Assembly (NCBI GenBank): GCA_963838955.1
Contig: CAWISZ010000004.1
Span: forward strand, 401,979-465,978
Direction of reading: 5' to 3'
Source: an uncultured Thermoplasmata archaeon
GTDB taxonomy: Archaea > Thermoplasmatota > Thermoplasmata > Lutacidiplasmatales > UBA184
DNA length: 64,000 bases
The position numbers and the translations under genes are program-made. Shown here piece by piece: positions 10,070-20,451 of the stretch (positions are counted from its first letter, which is position 1; each line of letters begins with the position of its first letter). A model generated the notes under the pieces. That model was not told the DNA's origin and did no database searches. It saw only the letters and a list, made by a program, of their open reading frames with translations.

Positions 10070-10414
10070 ATGCCGTTCCCCCCCTCCGTGCGCTCGCTCA
10101 CGAAGACCGAGCTCGCCGGGATCGATGTCTACGTCCACGACGACGGACGGACCCAGATCTTGTTCATGGAGCTCGGGAAGGACCGGGCCGAGGTCGTCGT
10201 GCCGACGCACACCCACGATGTCGAGTGGGGGATCGTGGTGGAGGGACGAATCGAGATGACGATCGATGGCCGGACCGAGTCCCACCCCGCGGGGGCCACG
10301 CACCTCATCCCGGCCCGGGTGCCCCACAGCTTCCGGTTCACGCCGGGGACATCGAGCGTCCACTACTTCATCGAGAAGCGGGTCGCTCTTCCGGCAGCGT
10401 CGCCGCGTCCCTGA
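10070..10414 (+). CDS. Cupin domain protein
   Basis: 114 aa. Two-His cupin motifs HTHDVEWGIVVEG and HLIPARVPH. Confidence 0.6.
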   Translation: MPFPPSVRSLTKTELAGIDVYVHDDGRTQILFMELGKDRAEVVVPTHTHDVEWGIVVEGRIEMTIDGRTESHPAGATHLIPARVPHSFRFTPGTSSVHYFIEKRVALPAASPRP

Positions 10415-10423
10415 CGGGACGAG

Positions 10424-10804
10424 CTACGCCTTGGGGATCCCTGCGCAGTGGCCGACGCGGACCGAAGGGTCCGGACGCCAGACGAGCTCGATCCGGATCC
10501 CATCGGGTCCCCGCAAGTAGAGCGAGCGCGAGTCCTCGCGCTCTTTTTCGCCCATGATCACGACGCGAGAGCGCTGCACTCGGCTCTTGAGCCCCGTCCA
10601 CTCGCTGACGCGCAACGCGAGGTGATCGACGCCGCCGACAGTCTCTTTGTCCTTGGCGTCGTGGAGCCCGAGCACTTGGTCCCCGAACATGAGGTAGGTG
10701 TGGTCCTCGCCGTCGCCGAGGAGGTCCATGCCCATCTGCTCCACGAAGAACCGCCGAGCCTTCTCCCGATTCTTGACCCGAATGTCGATGTGGTCGAAGC
10801 CCAT
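10424..10804 (-). CDS. VOC family protein (glyoxalase/bleomycin resistance/dioxygenase fold)
   Basis: 126 aa. Begins MGFDHIDIRV. Matches the paired beta-alpha-beta-beta-beta module pattern. Confidence 0.7.
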   Translation of the reverse strand: MGFDHIDIRVKNREKARRFFVEQMGMDLLGDGEDHTYLMFGDQVLGLHDAKDKETVGGVDHLALRVSEWTGLKSRVQRSRVVIMGEKEREDSRSLYLRGPDGIRIELVWRPDPSVRVGHCAGIPKA

Positions 10805-10941
10805 CAACCCAAATTCGCGTAGATGAGTCCTCGGTGGCATCGATCTCTCCGTCCCGACCGAGGACGGGGTGGTATTTGGGACCTCTGCCGGCGCTGGATC
10901 GGGGCCGAGGACGGCCCGCCGCCCCGGAATGTGGGTCGCCT

Positions 10942-13900
10942 TCACCCCGGAGGCGGCGGACGTCGGCGTGTGAGCACGATCCCGGCGACTATCGCGATCG
11001 CGATCACCACCCCGGCGAGCGCGAGGACCTCGATGATCCACAGCGGGTAGGACGACGACCCAGAACCCGGCGCCGAGAACTGGATCTGCAGGCTCACGTT
11101 CGATCCGCTGACCCGAACCGAGCCGGAGGGCGGAGCGACCCGGTACATCGCGGTCGTACCAGCCGTGAAGAGGTAGGTGCCGTTCGTTGCGAGGAACGCG
11201 ATGCGGGTGCTGTTGGAGGTATAGTTCGCTCCACCTGTGATGTTCACGAACCATAAGGTGCCGGTCGCCAGCCCGGCGGCCTCGAACGAGACCGAGTACT
11301 CCACGAGAGAGAAGGTGATGTTGACCGGGATGGAATCGTTCGCCACCGTCACGACGCCCGTTCCCGGTTGCGGTGCCCACTCGGTCAACGAGGAGCGCAC
11401 GCCGTAGGTGTACCTCCCGTTCGTGACGTGGAGCGTGATCTGGGGGAGCGTCGTGGTGACGTTCTGTCCGCTCCCGAGGAAGACGATCCACTCGATCCCT
11501 CCGGGTAAGCCGGTCTCGGAGAACACGACCGACCCCGGGAGAGCTTGGAAGGGGATCGGGACCGCCCGGGAAGCTCCGTCGATCGTGACGGTCCCGTTCG
11601 ACTGGAACGGTGCCCAGAGCGGATCCGGCGTCGAGACGTTGTACTCGAACGTGCCCGACGGCAACGGCACGCTGATCGTCGACGTAGTGGAAGAGTAGCT
11701 TTGCCCGTGGCTGATGTTCACGAACCATAGGGTCCCGGCCGGCAGACCGACCGCCGTGAAATTCGCGATGTACTGCACCGCCGGCTCGTAGGAGAGCACC
11801 CCTTGGATCGAGTTGCCCGGGGAGAGGCCCAGGGTCCAGTTGCCCGGGGAACCGCTCGTCCAGTCGAGATTCTCGGCGTCCTCGCCCGTCTGATCGATCG
11901 ACGAGTAGAACGAGCGCGTGCTGGCGGTCTCGAACGTCGTGCTCCCATACGGCTGGACCCGGGCCTCCATCGAGCCGGCCGTGGGGGCGACGAACTGCCC
12001 GAGGCCTCCGGTCGGTCCGCCGACGAGGCCGAACTGCGGCGAGAGGCCCCCGGGAAGGGGGTTTCCCGGATACGGTCCGTTCTCGCGCTCCGTGCCCTGC
12101 CAGGAGTAGTTGTACCACAGGCTCCCGATGATGTACGACGCGCCCGGCACCGGCAAGGAGAGCTCCTGCGAGCCCACGAAGTACTGAATGCTCTGGTTGT
12201 TGAAGCCGACGCCGGGATCGAGCACCGTCCGAAGATCGAACGTCGCCGGTAACGACACCACGTGACCGACGAGCGGGTAGTTGTACTCGTAGATCACGAG
12301 TGTGTAGTACAGGCCGTAGAACGGGTAGGCGACCCAACCGGTGTAATTCATCGCCCAGCCGCTCGCCGTCCAGTTGATGTAGATCACGTTCTGGACCCAG
12401 TAGATCGGCGCGCCGAGACTGTTCGCAATGAAGAAGTTCTGCTGGATCGAGGCGTTGAAGAACGACAGGCTTCCCTGCGAGGTGACCCCGAGGCCGTCGA
12501 GCGTGAAGTTGTTCTCGACGCCCGAAAGCCGTCCGTTCACCCCGGCGGAGGCGACCGGGAGGAAGTACATCGTGTAGTTGTACGCGTCGAGCGACCCCCA
12601 CCCGGTGACGAGGTCGTAGCCCGGGCCGGCGGCGTAGTAGTGGTTCGAGCCGTTGACCGTGTCCGAGAGCGGGAGCGTGGGCAGGGGGGAGGTGTACAGC
12701 GAGCCGTTCACGTACCCGATCGTCGGCGTGGTCACGAGGGGCGCGTACTGCGCGTCGGCGAGCTGGTAGAGCTTCGGTTGGAGGAATCCGAGCCACGGAT
12801 CGTGTTGCGCGCCGAGGGCGTGATCGATCTCCGCGATCACGCCGGCCTCGACCGGGCACGCGACGCTGGTCCCGATCCCCTCGCCGTAGAGCATGCCGAT
12901 CGACGAGGCGTTCGTCGCGTTGTACCGGTAGCCGACGTAGGTGATGGTCAGTAACACGTGGGTCGCGATCGCGGCGATATCCGGGACCCCCCGGCCGAGG
13001 CCGCCGATCCGGGCGTTCGCGGAGCTCGACAGCTGCCAGGACGGTTCCGCATAGAACGGACTGATCCCGCTCGTCGTCCCCGTCTGTTCTGCCGGGACGT
13101 TCCACACCGTGCTCGAGTTGAGCTGCAGCGTGAGCGCGTTCAGGGTGATTGCCGTGCCCCCGACCGCCACGACCCCGTAGGTGTCGGTCGCGAGCGAGGA
13201 GGGGAACGTCGTGTTCACGTCCGGGGGGTTGCCAACCTGCCAGGGACTGTTCGGATAGTCCCCCGAGTCTCCCGAGGATGCGAGGACCGTGATGCCGCGC
13301 GCCGTGGCCTCCTCGACGTACTGGTTCCACTCGGGGTGGACCGCATCGAGATCGCCCCAGGAGTTGGAGATCACCGAGACGTGCGCGAGCGCCGGGTAGC
13401 TCGCGTTCGGGTTCAGGATGAACGCAAAGGCGGCGTCGAGCTCGGGATACGTCGGGGTGGTTCCGTACACGTCGAACACCGTAGCTCCCGGGGCGAGCGA
13501 GCCGGCCATCTCCATGTCGATCGTGTTCTCGGTGTTCGCTCCCGTCGTATCGGTACGAGGCGAGCGGGCCGGAGGGCGAGGCGCCCCCGACCGGAACGGG
13601 GATGGCGACGGCGTGCGGCTGACCCGGCGGCGAGGTCTGGTTGAAGTACGCGGCGATGTCCGACGGCACGAAGGCGCCGACCGGCTGCCCCGGGCTCAGT
13701 TCCCCGTACGGGGTGCTGATGGGGGTCGAGCCGTTGTAATACCCCTGCCACAGGATCGTGGCGATCACCGCATCGGTGGGATACCCCTCCTCGAGGAAGA
13801 GCGACTGCTCGTCGTACGCGACTTGGAGGTCGGGGCCGTACTGGTACTGGGAACCCTGGATCTCGGCGGGGGAAAGGTAGCCGAAAGGGCTGGCCGCTCG

Positions 13901-14647
13901 AACGGCCGGAGGGGGAGGCGGCGAGGCCATCATCGGGACCACGCCCGAGCCGGACGAACTGGACGCTACGGCGAACGAGCTGAGACCCACCACCGCCGAC
14001 ACGGCCGGCGCGAGCTCTGCCGGAAGCTCGACCGCGGTGGCTGGAGCGTAGTAGGCTCGTCCGTGGAAGCTCCACTCGCCGATCGTCGTGCCGAACATGC
14101 GGTCGGCCGCGGAGGGCGACGCATCGAAGGAGATCGTCACTCGGTCGGCGTAGGTCCGCACGTCGTGGGCTCCGAGAGCCTCGAAGTACGCGACCGCGCC
14201 CGAGTACGTCGCTTGCGAGGGCGCAAATGCGTCGTCAAACTGGCTCGCCGTAAGATAGTGCTGGTACTCGGGAGAGGATGGATCGCTCAGGGCGACCAGC
14301 AGACGGGCGAGCTCGCTCGCGTTGGAGTCGCCGAGGGTGACGAGGATGGGGAGCGTGGCCGGGAGCGTCCCTCCGGTCGGCACCGCACCGGCGAGGCCGT
14401 ATCCTGCCTCCGAGTACGCCGCCGGGACGTAGGACTCGTTGACCAGCGCCGCGACCGACGGAAGCGCCGCGACCGATCCGTTCCCGACGGTCATCGCCGT
14501 GATCCCGCGACCCCCCACCGCGCCGGCAGCGAGCGGGCACGTGAGGAGCACCGCGATCGCGATCGCCGGCCAGATCCGTCGGAGCCGCGCCGGGGCCGGC
14601 CGCGGGCCGGGCGCGAGGGACCGGTGCATCGGAGGACGTACTAACAC
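10942..14647 (-). CDS. Secreted S53 (sedolisin/kumamolisin-like) serine-carboxyl peptidase with signal peptide, propeptide, C-terminal Ig-like repeats and TM anchor; apparent +1 frameshift near 13552
   Basis: Signal peptide and pro-domain read in one frame from 14647 to about 13560. The catalytic region reads in the adjacent frame (TDTTGANTENTIDMEMAGS, SNSWG, SSGDSGD, GTSVACP). C-terminal repeats GLPxGTxWxV precede a TM helix and RRRPPPP tail. Confidence 0.6.
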
Positions 14648-14678
14648 GCACCGTGCTTAAGCCATCCCGAACGGGCTG

Positions 14679-15827
14679 TCACGCCCGTTCGCGGGGAGCT
14701 TTCCAGATCCGTCGTGCCGCCACGAGATGCAGTACTTCGGAGGGACCGTGCGCGATCGGACCGCTGCGGACGTCGCGCCAGCGTTGCCCGTGGGCAAGGG
14801 TCTCCGAGTATCCCCGCCCTCCGTGGAATTGGATCGCATGATCGATCGTTCGGAGCGCGATGTCGGTGCTCATCCATTTCGCCAGCGCCGCCTCGGCGTC
14901 TACCCGCTCGCCGGCCTCGAAGCGCTCGAGCGCGCGCACGGCGTATAGGTACGCCGCCTCCGCCTGAGCCCCGTCCTCCACGAGGGGGAAGGAGACGGCC
15001 TCGTTGCGAGCGAGCGGGCCCCCGAACACGTTCCGTTCATCGGCGTAGCGCACCGTCTCCTCCCAGGAGGCACGTGCCACCCCGAGGTAGATCGCCGCGA
15101 GGAGCGCCCGCTCCCGGGTGAGCTCCGAGCGGACGTACTCGAAGGCGTGGCCCTCCTCGCCGATCCGCATCGAGGCGGGGACCCGGACCGCCTCGTAGGC
15201 GATCGTTCCGCGACGCATCCAGCGCTCTCCGAGATCGGGAATCACGCTCCGATGGATTCCCGCGAGGTCCTGGGGGACCACGAGGGCCGTCAGGCCCGAC
15301 TCGTCGCCGACTCTCCCGTAGACGATCGCGGCATCCGCGTCCTGGGCGAATGCGGCCTCGCTCTTCGTCCCGTGGAGCACGTAGTCCCTTCCGCTGCGCT
15401 CGAAGCGCATCCCCATGGCACCCGCGTCCGCGCCGGCCCCGGGTTCGGTGAGCTGGTTGGCGATCAGCACCTCGCCGCGAACGAGCGGGAGGAAGTATCG
15501 GTCGACGAGCTCTCGCGCACCGTGCTCGGCGATGATGCTGGAGAATTCGGGCTGCAGGGAAAGCTTGGCGAACGTGGTCCCGCCCCGGTACGCGAGATGG
15601 AACAGCGCGGCCGCGACCCGCGGTAGCGGCAGACCGCGTCCCCCCAGGGACGGTGCGACGTGGAGCCCGAGGAGCCGCGCCTCTCCGAGCGCACGGAACT
15701 CGGCCCGCGGAAACTCCGGGGTCCGGTCGAGCTCGCGATAGCGCGTTGCGAGGTGGAGCCGCTCGGCGATCTGGGCGATCTCCTGCGCGAGCGGCTCGGA
15801 CGGCAGCGCGGGAAGTTCGACGGTCAT
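14679..15827 (-). CDS. Acyl-CoA dehydrogenase
   Basis: 382 aa from the internal Met MTVELPALPSE. ACAD N-terminal, middle and C-terminal domains are present. Start overlaps the upstream gene stop (ATGA). Confidence 0.85.
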   Translation of the reverse strand: MTVELPALPSEPLAQEIAQIAERLHLATRYRELDRTPEFPRAEFRALGEARLLGLHVAPSLGGRGLPLPRVAAALFHLAYRGGTTFAKLSLQPEFSSIIAEHGARELVDRYFLPLVRGEVLIANQLTEPGAGADAGAMGMRFERSGRDYVLHGTKSEAAFAQDADAAIVYGRVGDESGLTALVVPQDLAGIHRSVIPDLGERWMRRGTIAYEAVRVPASMRIGEEGHAFEYVRSELTRERALLAAIYLGVARASWEETVRYADERNVFGGPLARNEAVSFPLVEDGAQAEAAYLYAVRALERFEAGERVDAEAALAKWMSTDIALRTIDHAIQFHGGRGYSETLAHGQRWRDVRSGPIAHGPSEVLHLVAARRIWKAPRERA

Positions 15828-17137
15828 CGGCTCGCCCGCTTCGGCGTGCGTCGCATCGCCCCGGTCCGGCGCGGAGGCTCGGCCCCGACGATGCCCGCGC
15901 GCACGAGCCCGCGCACCCGGAACTTCGAGTAGCCGAGCCCGCGCACGAGGATCCGCTCGTTGTCCTGGCCCAGCCACGGTGCTCCCCGCCAGACCGCTCC
16001 CGGGGTGTCGCTGAACTTCGGCGCGATCCCGGACCCACGGACGGGCCCCGCGATGGGATCTTCCCAGTCGAGCAGCATCCCCCGGGCCCGGAAGTGGGGA
16101 TCCTGGGCGATGTCGGCGATATCGTACACTCGGGTCACCGCGATATCGTGGCGTCGGCCCAGCGCCTCGAGCTGGGCGCGCGTCCTCGTTCGGCAGAACC
16201 TCGCGATCGCTCGATCGACGGGGCTTCGGTGGGCCGTCCGGTAGCTCGTGTCATCGTACTTGGGATCGGTGAATCCGATCATCCGCTTGAGCCGGAGGTA
16301 CGCATCGGTGTTCGGAGCCGCGACGACGACCCACCCGTCTCTCGCTCGCTGGACGTCGTACGGATGCAGGCGGGCGTGCGCCGAGCCGTGCCGGCCTCGG
16401 ACCACCCCGCGCGCAAAATAGTCGAGCGCGAGGTTTTCCAAGAGCGTGAAGGCGATCTCGTACTGGGCGACGTCGATCGATTGGCCCCGCCCGGTGCGCT
16501 GGGCCTGGATGTAGCCCATCAGGGCGGCACCGGCCGCCCCGAGGCCCGTCAGGGTGTCGTTGAGGGCGGTCCCCGCGCGCATCGGCGGCGCCGGGTCGGG
16601 CTCCCCCTGGAGGGAGAGGTAGCCGCTGAAGGCTTGGGCGGTGAGGTCGTATGACGGGGCCCCGACGCGCTCCGGGTCGCCCGTCCGGCCGAACCCCGAG
16701 ACGTGGACGATCGTCAGGCGCGGATTGACCCGGTGAACCGTCCGATCCGAGAGCCGAAGCTTGTCGTACGTGCCGGGCCGGGAGGACTCGATCCAGATGT
16801 CCGCGCGACGGAGGAGATCGAGAAAGACCCGGCGACCGGCCGGTCGGCGTAGGTCGAGACCCAGGGAGAGCTTGTTGCGGGCGTACTGCACCCACGACTC
16901 GGAGATCTGCTCCTCGGGCGGTCGACCCGGCGGGATCATCGGGACGAGCGTACGCGTGGGGTCGGAGTACGGGAAGTGGAAGGGCGGCCCCTCGACATGG
17001 ATCACCTCGGCGCCGAACTCTCCGAGATGCGTCGATGCCCAGGGTCCGGCGACGAAGCGGGCGGAGTCGAGCACCCGGATCCCCGCGAGGGGCCCATAGG
17101 CCGGGACGAGCGGACGCGCGCGAAGGCTACGACCCAT
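15824..17137 (-). CDS. CoA-transferase family III (CaiB/BaiF-like)
   Basis: 437 aa with full-length family III CoA-transferase similarity. Translationally coupled to the acyl-CoA dehydrogenase. Confidence 0.85.
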   Translation of the reverse strand: MGRSLRARPLVPAYGPLAGIRVLDSARFVAGPWASTHLGEFGAEVIHVEGPPFHFPYSDPTRTLVPMIPPGRPPEEQISESWVQYARNKLSLGLDLRRPAGRRVFLDLLRRADIWIESSRPGTYDKLRLSDRTVHRVNPRLTIVHVSGFGRTGDPERVGAPSYDLTAQAFSGYLSLQGEPDPAPPMRAGTALNDTLTGLGAAGAALMGYIQAQRTGRGQSIDVAQYEIAFTLLENLALDYFARGVVRGRHGSAHARLHPYDVQRARDGWVVVAAPNTDAYLRLKRMIGFTDPKYDDTSYRTAHRSPVDRAIARFCRTRTRAQLEALGRRHDIAVTRVYDIADIAQDPHFRARGMLLDWEDPIAGPVRGSGIAPKFSDTPGAVWRGAPWLGQDNERILVRGLGYSKFRVRGLVRAGIVGAEPPRRTGAMRRTPKRASR

Positions 17138-17225
17138 GGCCTCCGTGTCGGCACCGATTCCTTAACATGCGAGGTTCACCACGGAACCCTGCCGACCAAA
17201 TACCACCCGCCGGCTTCCTGCGCCG

Positions 17226-17966
17226 ATGAGCGAGGCGCCCTGGGTCCGGTTCGAGGGAGAGCGTTTCCGAGATGAGCTGACCAAGTTCAAGATGGAGAAC
17301 CACCCGTTCCATACCCACCCGTTCTTCTCCGCCGTCGAGAAGGGCGAGGCCCCGAGATCGCTCGTCCAGGCGTGGGTCCAGCAGTTCTACCCGTGGCTCG
17401 CGAGCGTGCCGATCGCGATGGCGGAGCGGTTCGCCCGGGTCGGCTGGGAACCGGCGAACGATCGGTTCCGGCGGATGGTGCTCGATCAGCTGGTCGAGGA
17501 GGCGGGAGATCCGAAGGGCCACGAGCCCGGGCACCCGGAGCTCTGGCTGCGGTTCTGCGAGGGCATGGGGGTCCCGCGCGCGAAGGTCCAGGCCGCACCC
17601 CTCCTTCCGAGCACGATGGTGGCGATCGACGATTTCCTCTACACGAATCGGGAGAACCCGTTCTACGTCTCCGCGGCGGGCTCCTCCGAGCCCCCCAACG
17701 TCGATCTCTGCGCCCGCCTGCTTCCCGCGTTCCGCTCGCACTACGGCGTGAAGGAGAACCACCTCGAGTACGATCGCCTCCACGTCACGGCCGACGTGGA
17801 GCACAGCCGGTGGGTCGGCGAGATCGTCGCCGCCTTCGCGAACACTCCTGAGGTCCGCCGCCAGATGTGGGACCAGATGCTCCGCGGGTTCTCGCTCCAC
17901 GCCCTCCTCGTGGACGGCGTCGTCGCGCAGGCGTCGGCGAAGGGCCCGGCCCAACGCGCGACGTAG
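17226..17966 (+). CDS. TenA/PqqC-like (heme-oxygenase-like fold) iron-containing redox enzyme family protein
   Basis: 246 aa all-helical protein. Pattern resembles the PqqC/TenA family. Confidence 0.5.
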   Translation: MSEAPWVRFEGERFRDELTKFKMENHPFHTHPFFSAVEKGEAPRSLVQAWVQQFYPWLASVPIAMAERFARVGWEPANDRFRRMVLDQLVEEAGDPKGHEPGHPELWLRFCEGMGVPRAKVQAAPLLPSTMVAIDDFLYTNRENPFYVSAAGSSEPPNVDLCARLLPAFRSHYGVKENHLEYDRLHVTADVEHSRWVGEIVAAFANTPEVRRQMWDQMLRGFSLHALLVDGVVAQASAKGPAQRAT

Positions 17967-17996
17967 GGCGGCTCCGTCCTACCGGACCTCGCGACG

Positions 17997-18800
17997 ATGC
18001 CGCCCTCCCGAGCCTCGCCGGCGATCTGGGTACAGCTGACCCAAGCGCTCGTGGCGCGGGAACTCGTCGACACCTTCGGCCTGCCGGCCCGACGGGCCGC
18101 CGAACTCCTCGGACTCGCCCCGTCGGCGATCTCCCAGTACCTGTCGGGCAAACGGCTGCGCGGTCCACTCGCCCACGCGAGCACGCACGAAGAGGTCCGC
18201 CGCATCGCGCGCGTCGTGGCCCAGCGTCTCGTCGCGGCCGACCACCCGACCGATATCGCCCCGGGCCTCCTGCTCGAGGCGGCCCGGGAACTATCGTCCG
18301 CGGGCCGGCCGGCACGGGCGATCCCGCCCGCCGCAGCGGGCGAAGGAGCACCGGCGCATCCGGCGAACCGAGAGTTCGCGCGATTCCTCCGCGCACGCAT
18401 CACGCTCGAACAGACGGCCGTCGCGGACTGCATGCGTCTCGCCCAGAAATCGCGCGATGAACTGACGCGTGCGATCTTCCGACAGGTCGCCTCCGACAGC
18501 CTGCGCCATGCGGAGATCGTGGCGTCGATCGCGTCGTACCTGGAGCGCGGGATGCATCGCACGGTCGCTACGGGCATCACCCGAACCGATGTGGAGCGGC
18601 TCATCGCCAAGGAGCACGAGGCCGAATCGAAGACGGCGCCCGGCCTTGCGACCGAGCTCGGAGGAGTCCTCGCCCTCCTGTGGGAAAGCATGGAGGCCGA
18701 CGAGCGCAAGCACGAAGTTCTCCTGGCGCGGCTGCTCCAGACCGGGCTGCCACCGCCGACGACGGGACCCTCCGCGAGGCGCTCGGCGCGACGCCGCTGA
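17997..18800 (+). CDS. HTH-domain protein of unknown function
   Basis: N-terminal HTH (RRAAELLGLAPSAISQYLSGKR) followed by a helical domain. No confident family assignment. Confidence 0.45.
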   Translation: MPPSRASPAIWVQLTQALVARELVDTFGLPARRAAELLGLAPSAISQYLSGKRLRGPLAHASTHEEVRRIARVVAQRLVAADHPTDIAPGLLLEAARELSSAGRPARAIPPAAAGEGAPAHPANREFARFLRARITLEQTAVADCMRLAQKSRDELTRAIFRQVASDSLRHAEIVASIASYLERGMHRTVATGITRTDVERLIAKEHEAESKTAPGLATELGGVLALLWESMEADERKHEVLLARLLQTGLPPPTTGPSARRSARRR

Positions 18801-18844
18801 GCCCCGACACGGGAGCCCGAGAGGACGGTCCCGCCGCCGGTCCG

Positions 18845-19909
18845 CTACGGGCGGATCCGCTCGAGCGAGAGGAAGCGGACCTCGCCGTTCGCTCGGACCG
18901 CGGCGAGCAGGAACTCTTTGCGGACGCCCTGCGCCACCCGGACACCGCCGGAGATCTCGGGCCAGGAGGAGACGTGCTGGTCGCGGACCGCGCGCAGGAG
19001 GTACCGCGCATGCGAGTGCTCCGGGCTGCGTGGGTAGGCCCGGAAGTGCGCGCCGTACTTGAAGCCGGTTTTGACGACGAGGCCGCGCCCCCGCAACGCC
19101 GTGTACGCCGCGAGCCGTTCGGCGAAGTGCGGATCGAGCCGACGCGCGCGCCGGTGCAGACGGTCCTCGGAGACCGCACGACGGCTGGCCCCATCGCGTA
19201 CCAGGATCTGGCCGCTGTCGGCGAGGTACGCCGCCTCGATCAGGCTGAGCTCGAGCCGGTCCCCCAGCTTGCTTCCGTAGGCGAGGGAGCGCCCGAGCTC
19301 GTCCACGGCCCGCTCGTCGAACACGACGACCCGATCGTGGGAGAGCCACGCTTGCGCCGGCGTGCCGAGCCGGTGCGCGGGAAGCGCCCCGCGGGGCGAG
19401 GGACGGCGCACTCGGTAGTACGTCAGGTCCGACTCCTCATCGACGACCCCGAGGAGGAGCGTCTTCTTCGCGCTCGAGGCTCGCTCCGCGAGCTCGAACA
19501 GGTGGGCGAGATCGAACGGAGCGCGCTCGCTGATCGCTTCGATCCAGAATCGGGACGGCGTCTTGTTCAACACCCCGCCGCGGGGAAGGACTGTGAAGGC
19601 GACCGGAGGCGGGCTCGCGCGGACCACGTAGCCCCGCTGGCGGAGGTCCCGGTAGACCAGATAGCGGACCCCGAAGACCGGATCGTGGCGCGCGGAGCGT
19701 CGGAACACCTCGGGCCACGGAAGAGGTCGCGAGCGCGCGTCCACCCCCACCAGTCGCCCCATCTCGGCGAGGTAGACGCTGTCGTAGCGATCGAGCCCGA
19801 GGCCTCCGTTGGAGTCCGGAGTTCCGAAGTAGCCGCGTCCGTAGGTGGCGCTCGCTTCCGCGGGGTCCGAGATCCGGATCGTGCCGTCGGCCGCCACCCG
19901 GCCCGTCAC
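18845..19909 (-). CDS. endA: tRNA-splicing endonuclease, duplicated-domain form
   Basis: 354 aa. C-terminal catalytic motif VVKTGFKYGAHFRAY (G-x-K-Y-G-x-x-F-R-x-Y). The length indicates two tandem EndA-like units. Start overlaps the pyrE stop. Confidence 0.8.
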   Translation of the reverse strand: MTGRVAADGTIRISDPAEASATYGRGYFGTPDSNGGLGLDRYDSVYLAEMGRLVGVDARSRPLPWPEVFRRSARHDPVFGVRYLVYRDLRQRGYVVRASPPPVAFTVLPRGGVLNKTPSRFWIEAISERAPFDLAHLFELAERASSAKKTLLLGVVDEESDLTYYRVRRPSPRGALPAHRLGTPAQAWLSHDRVVVFDERAVDELGRSLAYGSKLGDRLELSLIEAAYLADSGQILVRDGASRRAVSEDRLHRRARRLDPHFAERLAAYTALRGRGLVVKTGFKYGAHFRAYPRSPEHSHARYLLRAVRDQHVSSWPEISGGVRVAQGVRKEFLLAAVRANGEVRFLSLERIRP

Positions 19910-20451
19910 ACAGAGGCTCCCCGCAGTTCCGAGAGGGTCGTCAACGCTTCGAGGCGGACCCCGAGCTCGGCGAGTCGCTCCCGGGCTCCCTCCTCGCGCT
20001 CCACGACCACGATAGCCCGATCCACGAACGCGCCGGCCGCGCGGAGGATCTCGATCGACTGGACGAGGCTACCTCCCGTCGTCGCGGTGTCCTCGATGAG
20101 GAGAACGCGTGCGCCGCGGGGAACCTCTCCTTCGAAGCGCTGGCGGGTGCCGTGCTCCTTCGCGGCCTTGCGGAGGACGATCATCGGGAGGCCGAGCCGC
20201 AGGGACGTCGCGACGACGAGCGGCACCGCGCCGAGCTCCATACCGGCGAGTCGCTGCTCGCCGGCGACCCGCGCCGCCAGCGCCCGGGCGAGGAGGTCGA
20301 GGCGCGCCGGATCGGTCCACGCCTTCTTCACGTCGATATAGACGTCGGACTTTCGTCCCGACGTGAGGGTGAAGTCGCCGAAGCGGACGGCGCCCGCCTC
20401 GAGCAGGACGCGCCGCACCTCTTCGGCCGGCGGTGCTTGATCGTCCGTCAC
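19906..20451 (-). CDS. pyrE: Orotate phosphoribosyltransferase
   Basis: PRTase motif VLLIEDTATTGGS and RFGDFTLTSGRKSDVYID. GTG start overlaps the CarS stop. The ORF track's upstream ATG would overlap CarS by about 100 nt. Confidence 0.75.
   Translation of the reverse strand: MTDDQAPPAEEVRRVLLEAGAVRFGDFTLTSGRKSDVYIDVKKAWTDPARLDLLARALAARVAGEQRLAGMELGAVPLVVATSLRLGLPMIVLRKAAKEHGTRQRFEGEVPRGARVLLIEDTATTGGSLVQSIEILRAAGAFVDRAIVVVEREEGARERLAELGVRLEALTTLSELRGASV

Noticed and set aside
10424-14647. Single 1407-aa ORF on the minus strand
   Set aside because: It is a GC-rich open frame that happens to lack stops. Only its first 360 codons (signal peptide and propeptide of the S53 peptidase) and its last 126 codons (VOC protein) look real. 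The middle is Arg/Pro/Gly-rich shadow of the peptidase catalytic region, which reads in the adjacent frame.
15037-20341. Series of long alternative-frame ORFs (15037..16038, 15653..16654, 17741..18709, 18291..19349, 18680..20341)
   Set aside because: They overlap well-supported genes (CoA-transferase, TenA-like, EndA, PyrE), have extreme Arg/Gly/Pro bias and no motifs.
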